From: an uncultured Erysipelotrichaceae bacterium
GTDB taxonomy: Bacteria > Bacillota_I > Bacilli_A > RF39 > UBA660
Length of the DNA: 64,000 nt
Reading direction: 5' to 3'
NCBI GenBank assembly: GCA_902767375.1
Contig: CACXGV010000029.1
Coordinates: 137-64,136 of the forward strand
The notes beneath the pieces were generated by a model. The model had not been told where the DNA came from. It saw nothing but the letters and a program-made list of their open reading frames with translations, and made no database searches. The position numbers were made by a program, and so were the translations under genes. Shown in pieces: positions 28,987 through 37,286 of this stretch; positions within the stretch are counted from its first letter, which is position 1; each line of letters begins with the position of its first letter.

Positions 28987-29543
28987 GTTATCAAGAAAAA
29001 TTAAAAGAATATTTCGAATTAAGTAGTGATGATGAGCATATTTTATCAGAAGAAGAAGCCGAAACATTATTAACATATTTATGTATGTATAGTTATAAAA
29101 AAAGCGGAAAATCTGGTTGGGTATATCCTCATGGAGGACACTTTTGGGAATTAACTGGTCCTGATGGATTACCAGCAGATATCTACTTTAATAATGATGA
29201 TAATGAAGTATTATTAATTGAATATGCTTCCGTACAAAAACACTTAATTCATAGTCAAACTAAATTCGTATCTAAAACTAGAATAGATTATATAAGAAAT
29301 GGTGTAACAAAAGATTTATTATATTCTTGTGATGGATTCAATCGTACTGATTATGTAAAAGAAGAAAATTTAAGAGAATATTTTGCAGCATTTAGAAGAA
29401 ACAAAGAAATTGATCCCCATACATCTGAGTTTACAATACATGCTAATCTAGGCGAAGATGAATGCGTAAAAATAATGAACATTAAAGCCCTAGCTAATCG
29501 CATTAGAAAAGTCAATGAAGCAACTAAAAACCAAGAGTTATAG
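28983..29543 (+). CDS. Hypothetical protein, paralog 2 of the tandem pair (186 aa)
   Basis: ATGA overlap with paralog 1; 186 aa. Confidence 0.5.
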   Translation: MSYQEKLKEYFELSSDDEHILSEEEAETLLTYLCMYSYKKSGKSGWVYPHGGHFWELTGPDGLPADIYFNNDDNEVLLIEYASVQKHLIHSQTKFVSKTRIDYIRNGVTKDLLYSCDGFNRTDYVKEENLREYFAAFRRNKEIDPHTSEFTIHANLGEDECVKIMNIKALANRIRKVNEATKNQEL

Positions 29544-29597
29544 GTTGCTTTTTCTTATGATTTTAAGTATACTAATGGCTAGAAAGAAGTGAAATCT

Positions 29598-31058
29598 ATG
29601 CGTGAATTTACTGATCAAGAATTAGCTAGAAGAGAAAAATTAAAAAATATAACAAAACCATATCCAGATAAATATGAAACTACTCATACAATAAGTGAAG
29701 CAAGAAACTTAGAAGACGGAACTAAAGATGTTAAAATTGCTGGTCGAATTGGTTTTATGAGAAAAATGGGAAAACTTTCATTTTTTAAAATTAGAAATAT
29801 AGAAGCTGCTATTCAACTACAATTTAAAGAAGATGTCTTAGGTGAAGAAAAATATAGTGAAATGAAAACTATTTTTGATTCTGGAGATTTTATTGGCGCA
29901 CAAGGAGAAATAATTACTACTCAAACAGGAGAAAAATCTCTATTAGTAGAAGACTTTACTTTTTTAGGCAAAGCTTTAAGACCACTACCTGAAAAATTCC
30001 ATGGACTTCAAGATACTGAATTAAAATATCGTGAAAGATATGTAGACTTAATCATGAATGAGGACTCAAGAGAATTATTCTTAGGAAGAAGTAAGTTCTA
30101 TTATTTCTTAAGAAAATTTATGAATGAAAACAAATTCTTAGAAGTTGAAACACCTATCGTTCAAACAGCAGTTTCTGGTGCTTCAGCAAAACCTTTCTTT
30201 ACTCATCATAATGCATTAGATATTGATTGCAACTTAAGAATTGCCCCAGAATGTTATCTAAAAGAATGCAATGCAGCTGGTTTTGAAAGAGTATATGAAG
30301 TAGCAAAGTGTTTTAGAAATGAAGGAATGGATCCCCAACATTTACAAGAATTTACTCAAATAGAATGGTATGCTTCATTTTGGAACTTTGAAGATAACAT
30401 TGAGTTTTTTCAAAAATTCATGAGAGAAACATGTATGTATTTAAAAGGTACAACAGAATTAACTATTGGAGAGAAAACTATTGACTTAGTCAAAGAATGG
30501 AATAGAGTCAACTATGTTGAAGCTTTAACTAAAGAATTAGGATTTGATTTCCTATCTATAAATGATCCAGAAGAATTAAGAGGAAAAATCATTGAAGCTC
30601 ATAAATTCAGTAAAGAAGATTTAGCTGAATGTAATTCAGTTGCACAATTAATAGACTTTTGCTATAAAAGATTAGTTAGAGCTAACATTTTTGAACCAAC
30701 AATTATGTGGAATTATCCTGCTGTTTTAAAACCCCTTGCTAGAAGAAATGATGAAGATGATCGAGTTGTCGATGTTTTCCAAGTAATTATAGCAGGTGCA
30801 GAAATATGTAATGCTTATTCAGAATTAGTAAATCCAGAAATTCAAAGATCTAATTTTGAAGACCAACTAAAACAAAAAGCTCAAGGTGATGATGAAACAA
30901 TGGATTTAGATGAGGATTATCTAAACGCTATGGAACAAGGAATGCCACCAATAAGTGGACTTGGAGTAGGAATCGACAGACTAATGATGCTACTTTATAA
31001 TGCTGATAGTGTTAGAGATGTTGTATTATTTCCAATCATGAAACCTAAAAATAATTAA
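29598..31058 (+). CDS. lysS: Lysine--tRNA ligase (class II)
   Basis: MREFTDQELARREKL start; class II motifs FRNEG and GLGVGIDRL; TTGCTT-17-TATACT promoter 29547-29575. Confidence 0.9.
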   Translation: MREFTDQELARREKLKNITKPYPDKYETTHTISEARNLEDGTKDVKIAGRIGFMRKMGKLSFFKIRNIEAAIQLQFKEDVLGEEKYSEMKTIFDSGDFIGAQGEIITTQTGEKSLLVEDFTFLGKALRPLPEKFHGLQDTELKYRERYVDLIMNEDSRELFLGRSKFYYFLRKFMNENKFLEVETPIVQTAVSGASAKPFFTHHNALDIDCNLRIAPECYLKECNAAGFERVYEVAKCFRNEGMDPQHLQEFTQIEWYASFWNFEDNIEFFQKFMRETCMYLKGTTELTIGEKTIDLVKEWNRVNYVEALTKELGFDFLSINDPEELRGKIIEAHKFSKEDLAECNSVAQLIDFCYKRLVRANIFEPTIMWNYPAVLKPLARRNDEDDRVVDVFQVIIAGAEICNAYSELVNPEIQRSNFEDQLKQKAQGDDETMDLDEDYLNAMEQGMPPISGLGVGIDRLMMLLYNADSVRDVVLFPIMKPKNN

Positions 31059-31083
31059 CCAAATTTTATATTTGGTTTTTTTA
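31057..31083 (+). terminator. Rho-independent terminator
   Basis: AACCAAAT-tttta-ATTTGGTT then TTTTTTT. Confidence 0.75.
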
Positions 31084-31161
31084 TGGAAATTTTTTTAAAA
31101 TAAGCAAAAAACCTATTGAAATCCCCATTTTATGTTATAATGTTAATAGAGGAGGTATAAT

Positions 31162-32571
31162 ATGAAAAAATTAGGCGAAAAGTATAATTTAGTTAAAGTA
31201 ACTGGTATTATGGTATTAATTACTGTACTATTAACTTGGGTTGTCCCACGAGGTATGTTTCAAAGTGGTAATATTGAAGTAACTGAAATTACACGTGTAG
31301 GTATCTTTGATTTCTTCACTTATGGTTTACTTGGATTATATTACTTCACAGTACTTGTAACATTCGTATTTGTTCTAGGTGCTTTCTATCAAGTACTATC
31401 AAGAACTAAGGGATATCAAGCTTTAACTACAAATATCGCTAAGACTTTTAAAGGAAAGGAAATCTTATTTGTACTAGTAGTATCATTCTTAATTGCTGCA
31501 GTATCTGCTATCACAAATGAATATATACTTGTATTAACAGTAGTACCATTTGTTATTACTATTATGAGTAAAATGAAACTAGATAAACTAACTGGTTTCT
31601 TAGCAACATTTGGTGCAGTTTTAGTTGGTGTTTTAGGATCTGTTTACAGTGCTAAAACAGTAGGAATGAATGTTAGATATTTAAGTACAAGTTATAGTGA
31701 ATTTATTTGGCCAAAAGTCATCTTATTTGCTGTAGCTTTCATTGCATTTAGTGTATTTACTATTCTACACATTAGAAAAAATAAAAAAGCTGAAGCAATC
31801 GTAGACTTATTTGAAACAACTGAAACAAATGCAAAAAGTAAGAGTAAAGCATGGTCAATTTGCTTAGTATACTGCTTAGCATTAGTAATCATTCTACTTG
31901 CTTACTTACCATGGGCTACCGCTTGGGGTGCTAATTGGACTGTTAAAGCATTAGAATCAGTTACAAATGCTGAAGTATTTGGTTCTACTATCTTTGCATA
32001 TATCTTAGGAAATGTTCAAGCATTTGGATCTTGGGATATCTTTGGTGCACAAGTAGTTATGTTAGTAGCAACTTTAGTAATCAAATGGATTGATAGAATG
32101 AGTATTGAAGAAGTATTCGAAGCATTCGGTGAAGGATTCAAAAAAGCTGGTAAATTAGTAATAGTTTTATTACTATGCTATGTTGTATTAGAATTCACTG
32201 TAATGTTCCCAGTAATACCTACAATTGTTAATTGGTTCATGGGATTATTTAGTAATGCATCTGAAAAAGTTGCTGTATTAATGTCAACAGTTGCTGGATT
32301 ATTTACTTCATTATTCACAGTAGAATATCAATACACAGCCAGTATGGTTGGAGAATTCCTAACTAAAGGTCATGATAAATTACTAGAACCAATTGCATTT
32401 ATGTTAACATCAACTTATGGACTTGCAAGCCTATTCAGTCCAGCATCAGCAATTCTATTTATGGGATTATCTTACTTAGGTATCACATATAAAGAATGGA
32501 TGAAACATATTTGGAAATTCTTAGTATTAATACTTTTAGTAATAATTGTAATGTTATTAATATTATGTTAA
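31162..32571 (+). CDS. YfcC-family polytopic membrane transporter-like protein
   Basis: GGAGG RBS; about 12 TM; N-terminus resembles YfcC-family proteins. Confidence 0.5.
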   Translation: MKKLGEKYNLVKVTGIMVLITVLLTWVVPRGMFQSGNIEVTEITRVGIFDFFTYGLLGLYYFTVLVTFVFVLGAFYQVLSRTKGYQALTTNIAKTFKGKEILFVLVVSFLIAAVSAITNEYILVLTVVPFVITIMSKMKLDKLTGFLATFGAVLVGVLGSVYSAKTVGMNVRYLSTSYSEFIWPKVILFAVAFIAFSVFTILHIRKNKKAEAIVDLFETTETNAKSKSKAWSICLVYCLALVIILLAYLPWATAWGANWTVKALESVTNAEVFGSTIFAYILGNVQAFGSWDIFGAQVVMLVATLVIKWIDRMSIEEVFEAFGEGFKKAGKLVIVLLLCYVVLEFTVMFPVIPTIVNWFMGLFSNASEKVAVLMSTVAGLFTSLFTVEYQYTASMVGEFLTKGHDKLLEPIAFMLTSTYGLASLFSPASAILFMGLSYLGITYKEWMKHIWKFLVLILLVIIVMLLILC

Positions 32572-32642
32572 GAACTATGCTATGCATAGTTTTTTTAATT
32601 TATTATTTGTTAAAAATATGATAAAACAAATAATGTGATAAT

Positions 32643-33593
32643 ATGAATAAGGATATACTAAAAAATAAGCGTTTTTTATATTTTGGAATGCTATCAATAA
32701 TAGTACTTTTTTGCATTATCTTAAATGCAACCTTTTCAGCATTTACTCAAAGCACAACAAAACAAGCTGCTAATATGATTGTGAATGAATTATCATATAC
32801 AATCTTACCTAATGGGAATTCAGATTACGTTTTACTAACATCAAATCATTATATAGATTACTACAATGTTCAGTTGGAATCTAATAATTCATTTAATACT
32901 AAATATGAAATAACTTATGAAGTTTGTTCTGATAAAAATTGTACTTCCACAATAGCCAAACCAGCAAACTTTGAAATTTATTATTCTTCAAAAACCCAAG
33001 ATAGAATATCCGATACTATTGAATCAAATGGTAATAAAATAATTAGAATTGTGGTTGTTAATGATAGTGACAATGACTATTATTATAGACTTGGTGTAAA
33101 TTCAGGATATGCTCATAATGCTTTAACCTTAATAGGAAATATCCATGATGTATTTGATGAAAACGATTTAATAGTTAAAACTTATATAAATGATACTTTA
33201 AATGAAGATTTTCCCACAACTGAAAATTATGAAACTTTTGTAGAATGTACTGATCGTTTAGGTAATCCACGTAGTACTACTGGAACAGTAACTTGGGATG
33301 GTAGTAAATGGGTACTAAGTGTAACAAATTTAACCGAAACGCAAACCTACTGTAATGTTTATTTTGAAATAAAATATAAATTACAAATTAATTATATAAA
33401 TACATCAACAAATTCACCAATCACTGATCCATATATTGGATACTACTTATATGGTGAAAGATATAACGTACCTACTCCAACATTTACCGGATACAACTGT
33501 ACACCATTGGTAGTAACTAGCACTATGGGTAGAGGTACCGTTATTCATAATGTAAATTGTTTCCCAACAGATGGGGACGGTCTGGACTTATAA
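32643..33593 (+). CDS. Signal-anchored surface protein, short paralog (316 aa) of 37287..39686
   Basis: N-terminal TM then LNATFSAFTQST; shares ~230-aa module (NTKYEITYEVCSD, GYAHNALTL, WDGSKWVL, YCNV) with the 799-aa protein. Confidence 0.6.
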   Translation: MNKDILKNKRFLYFGMLSIIVLFCIILNATFSAFTQSTTKQAANMIVNELSYTILPNGNSDYVLLTSNHYIDYYNVQLESNNSFNTKYEITYEVCSDKNCTSTIAKPANFEIYYSSKTQDRISDTIESNGNKIIRIVVVNDSDNDYYYRLGVNSGYAHNALTLIGNIHDVFDENDLIVKTYINDTLNEDFPTTENYETFVECTDRLGNPRSTTGTVTWDGSKWVLSVTNLTETQTYCNVYFEIKYKLQINYINTSTNSPITDPYIGYYLYGERYNVPTPTFTGYNCTPLVVTSTMGRGTVIHNVNCFPTDGDGLDL

Positions 33594-33609
33594 AAATTAA
33601 AAACAACGA

Positions 33610-33638
33610 TTGACTTATAAATACGATAATGTTAGAAT
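33610..33638 (+). promoter_or_regulatory. Sigma-A-type promoter of the pheST leader
   Basis: TTGACT, 17-nt spacer, TGtTAGAAT. Confidence 0.55.
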
Positions 33639-33644
33639 AGGTTT

Positions 33645-33853
33645 TGTAATGCGAAGAAAATAACCAAGTAGTTATTTAAATATTTAAAGAGAGTAAATAT
33701 TATTAGCTGAGAGTATTTATAAATAAATTTAAATAATGAATTTCACTATTGGAGCATTAAACGTAAATCTGCGATAAAGATATTAAAGTGCATGAAAATC
33801 ATGAAATAAGGTGGTACCGTGCTATTAAGCACCCTTATGTTATGATTTTTTTA
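33645..33853 (+). promoter_or_regulatory. T-box riboswitch leader (Phe-tRNA responsive) upstream of pheS
   Basis: AATAAGGTGGTACCGTG T-box motif at 33806-33822, hairpin and TTTTTTT at 33846-33852; AGAGAG stem-I element; UUC-containing candidate specifier (gaaTTTCAc). Confidence 0.7.
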
Positions 33854-33868
33854 TTTGGAGGTAAAATT

Positions 33869-34879
33869 ATGCAAGAAAAATTAAAAGATCTAGTTGCAAG
33901 AGCAACTGAAGAAGCAAAAAGTATTCATTCAGAAGCAGATTATCTAAATATTAAATCAAAATTTTTAGGTAAAAAAAGTGAATTGGCAGAATACATGTCT
34001 CAAATAAAATTTATGTCTAGTGAAGATAAAAAACTATTTGGGCCATTATTCAACAAAATTAAAAATGAATTTGAAAAATTATTTGCTGATAAGCTAGAAG
34101 AAGCCGAGAACGGAAGCGAAACGCTTACGTTTGATCCAACTTTACCAGTAAATGATAATCATGGTTCACTTCACCCAGTAACAATTGTTGGACGTGAAGT
34201 AACAAATATTTTAAAAGATATGGGATTCATGATTTTATCAGGGCCTGAAATGGATAGTGAATACTATAACTTTGAAGCTTTAAATGTTCCTAAAAACCAT
34301 CCTGCTAGAGATATGCAAGATACTTATTGGCTTGATAATGGAATGCTTTTACGTACTCAAACTAGCGCTCTTCAAAACCGTGCTATGAGAAAATATGGAA
34401 TTCCTCTAAAAGCCTGTGCACCAGGAAGATGTTTTAGAAACGAAGATCTAGATGCATCTCACGAAAATACATTCTTCCAATTAGAAGGATTAGTAATTGA
34501 TAAAGATATCTCAATTAGTAATTTAATTTATACAATGGAAGGAATGCTTAGAGAGGTATTCAAAAAAGATGTTAATGTCAGGTTAAGACCAGGATTTTTC
34601 CCATTCACTGAACCAGGATTTGAATTAGATTGTTCATGTACAATTTGTGATGGTAAAGGATGCCCAACTTGTAAAAACTCTGGTTGGATAGAATTATGCC
34701 CATGTGGTATGGTCCATCCAAATGTATTAGAAGAAGGTGGCATCGATAGTACTAAATACTCTGGATTTGCCTTTGGCTTAGGTTTAACAAGATTAGCAAT
34801 GATGAAATATAAAATTAATGATATTAGAGTCCTAAATAGTGGAGATTTAAGATATCTAGAAGACTTTAATGTAAGGTAG
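33869..34879 (+). CDS. pheS: Phenylalanine--tRNA ligase alpha subunit
   Basis: GGAGGT RBS; MQEKLKDLVARATEE start; class II motifs (FRNE, GFAFGLGLTRL). Confidence 0.9.
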   Translation: MQEKLKDLVARATEEAKSIHSEADYLNIKSKFLGKKSELAEYMSQIKFMSSEDKKLFGPLFNKIKNEFEKLFADKLEEAENGSETLTFDPTLPVNDNHGSLHPVTIVGREVTNILKDMGFMILSGPEMDSEYYNFEALNVPKNHPARDMQDTYWLDNGMLLRTQTSALQNRAMRKYGIPLKACAPGRCFRNEDLDASHENTFFQLEGLVIDKDISISNLIYTMEGMLREVFKKDVNVRLRPGFFPFTEPGFELDCSCTICDGKGCPTCKNSGWIELCPCGMVHPNVLEEGGIDSTKYSGFAFGLGLTRLAMMKYKINDIRVLNSGDLRYLEDFNVR

Positions 34880-34887
34880 GTGTAATA

Positions 34888-37227
34888 ATGTTAATATCAT
34901 GTAATATCCTAAAAAAACATATTAAAAATAGTGAAACAATAGATTTCGTATCTCTATGGGATAAATTCACAATTCGTACTGCCGAAGTAGAAGGAGTATC
35001 CTTAAGAGGAAACAATTTTGACGGAGTAATAACTGCTAAGATATTAGAAGTAAATGATCACCCAGAATCAAAAAAATTACATATCTTAAAGGTAGACACA
35101 GGAAAAGAAACTCTTCAAATAGTATGTGGTGCTCCTAATGTAAGAGTTGGACTTATTGCCCCATGCGCTTTAATAGGTAGTCATATTGATGGCATCGAAA
35201 TAACCAAACGACCTTTAGTTGGTTATGATTCATATGGAATGATGTGCTCTGGAAAAGAACTAGGAATATCAGATGATCACTCTGGTTTATTAGAATTACC
35301 AGAAGATACACCTATTGGCAAAGACATTAAAGAAATATTTCCAATTGAAGATATTATTGTCGAAATTGATAATAAATCTCTAACTCACAGACCAGACCTT
35401 TGGGGTCATTATGGAATTGCTCGTGAAGTAGCAGCTATTACTGGTCATGAGTTACTTCCACTAGAACTAAATACCGATGTTCCCGATAAAAAGAAATTAA
35501 AAATTAAAATTAACAATCCAGAATTATGTTATCGTTATATTGGTACTAAAATAGATAATATTGAAAATAACAAAACTCCAATCTGGATGCAAATATTCCT
35601 ATATTATGCTGGAATGAGAAGTATTAATCTTCTAGTAGATTTAACTAATTATGTCATGCTTGAATTAGGCCAACCAATGCATGCATTTGATTCTCGCGTA
35701 GTTAAAAATATTGAAGTTGGACTAGCCAAAGATGGCGATACATATACAACCCTAGATGGTCAAGAAAGACATCTTTCAAATCAAGATTTAATGATTAAAA
35801 ATGGTGGCGAATACTTTGCAATTGCTGGCGTTATGGGAGGATTAGATTCAGAAATAGTTGAGGACACTAATTCAATAGTATTAGAATCTGCTTGTTTTGA
35901 ACCATCAACAGTTCGTAAAACAGCTATAAGCCTAGGACTTCGTACAGAAGCATCAGCTCGTTATGAAAAAAGCTTAGATCCAAATCTAGCTTTAACTGCT
36001 GCTAACCGCTTTATTAAATTATTAAGAGATGAAAATCCAAACATGGAATTTGGTTCAGCAATTACAGATGAGTATCCTACTGTTCAAACAGAAAATCAAA
36101 TTGAATTAAATAAAGATTATCTATATAGATATATGGGCTTTGAAGTAGAAGATAAATTAGTAGTAGATATCCTAACATCACTAGGATTTAAAGTGAAAAA
36201 ATTAGCTAAAAAATTTGTAATAACTGTTCCAACTTATCGTTCTACCAAAGATATAACAATGCCTGCTGATATAATAGAAGAAATATCTCGTATGTATGGA
36301 TATGAAAACTTTAAACATGTTCCTCTTAGAATGGACATGACATTTGGCAACCAAGAAATAACCTATGATACCGAATACTATGTTAAAGACTACTTAGCAA
36401 ATAGATATAATCTACATGAAATAAACACTTATTTATGGAACAAAACAACATTCTTAAAAAAGATTGGCGTTGAAGTAGACAATGTTAAACTACTTGGAAA
36501 ATCAGAAGATAACATCTTAAGAAAAGACTTAAACTTAAGCATGTTAGAAGCAGCATCAAATAATATAAATAATTATGAAGAATTTGGTTTATTTGAAATT
36601 GGTACGACAATCATTAATGATGAATGTGAAAGACACTTATCTATTATGTTAGTAAGAAATAATGATAATCTAAAACTAGGTTACTATCAAATAAAAGATT
36701 ATGTTTATAGTATGTTTAAGTCTCTAAAAAATATTGAAGTAGAATTTGCATTAATATCAGATAAAGAAACATATTATAATAATGAATTAACCCTAGGAGT
36801 ATTAAACGAAGGTAAAATATTAGGTTTTATTACTGTCTTTAATCGTAAAGTAAGTAATCAAATAAGTAAGAAAAAAGTATTTATTAGTGCTGATATCAAT
36901 TTTGACAACTTTGTCGAACTATCTAATAATTTAAATACTTATAGAGAAGTAAGTAAATATCCAAGAACAACTTTAGATTATACAATAATAACCGAAAGAG
37001 GAACTTTCTATAAACGTCTAGAAGATATTCTAAATGAATTTACTAGTCCAATAATCATAAAAAGAGAATTGAGAGATATCTATTTAGATGGTGATACTAA
37101 AAAGGTAACTATTAGATATACCGTTGGTTCAGATGAAAAAACTCTAACTAGAGAAGAATTAGACGACTTTAAGAATAAATTTATAGAACATATTCAAAAT
37201 AACAACTTAAATATTATAGAGCAGTAA
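34888..37227 (+). CDS. pheT: Phenylalanine--tRNA ligase beta subunit
   Basis: 779 aa directly after pheS; tRNA-binding, B3/B4, B5 and FDX-ACB-like regions. Confidence 0.85.
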   Translation: MLISCNILKKHIKNSETIDFVSLWDKFTIRTAEVEGVSLRGNNFDGVITAKILEVNDHPESKKLHILKVDTGKETLQIVCGAPNVRVGLIAPCALIGSHIDGIEITKRPLVGYDSYGMMCSGKELGISDDHSGLLELPEDTPIGKDIKEIFPIEDIIVEIDNKSLTHRPDLWGHYGIAREVAAITGHELLPLELNTDVPDKKKLKIKINNPELCYRYIGTKIDNIENNKTPIWMQIFLYYAGMRSINLLVDLTNYVMLELGQPMHAFDSRVVKNIEVGLAKDGDTYTTLDGQERHLSNQDLMIKNGGEYFAIAGVMGGLDSEIVEDTNSIVLESACFEPSTVRKTAISLGLRTEASARYEKSLDPNLALTAANRFIKLLRDENPNMEFGSAITDEYPTVQTENQIELNKDYLYRYMGFEVEDKLVVDILTSLGFKVKKLAKKFVITVPTYRSTKDITMPADIIEEISRMYGYENFKHVPLRMDMTFGNQEITYDTEYYVKDYLANRYNLHEINTYLWNKTTFLKKIGVEVDNVKLLGKSEDNILRKDLNLSMLEAASNNINNYEEFGLFEIGTTIINDECERHLSIMLVRNNDNLKLGYYQIKDYVYSMFKSLKNIEVEFALISDKETYYNNELTLGVLNEGKILGFITVFNRKVSNQISKKKVFISADINFDNFVELSNNLNTYREVSKYPRTTLDYTIITERGTFYKRLEDILNEFTSPIIIKRELRDIYLDGDTKKVTIRYTVGSDEKTLTREELDDFKNKFIEHIQNNNLNIIEQ

Positions 37228-37240
37228 TGCTCTATTTTAT
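37216..37240 (+). terminator. Rho-independent terminator
   Basis: ATAGAGCA-gtaa-TGCTCTAT then TTT; stop codon in loop. Confidence 0.65.
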
Positions 37241-37286
37241 TTGCCAAAAAAATAAAAATATTTTATAATCATCATAGGAGAGTATA

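Noticed and set aside
33788-33868. N-terminal extension of pheS in the ORF track (MHENHEIRWYRAIKHPYVMIFLFGGKI)
   Set aside because: This stretch is the T-box leader (it contains GGTGGTACCGTG and the terminator U-run). The true pheS start is ATG 33869 with a GGAGGT RBS.
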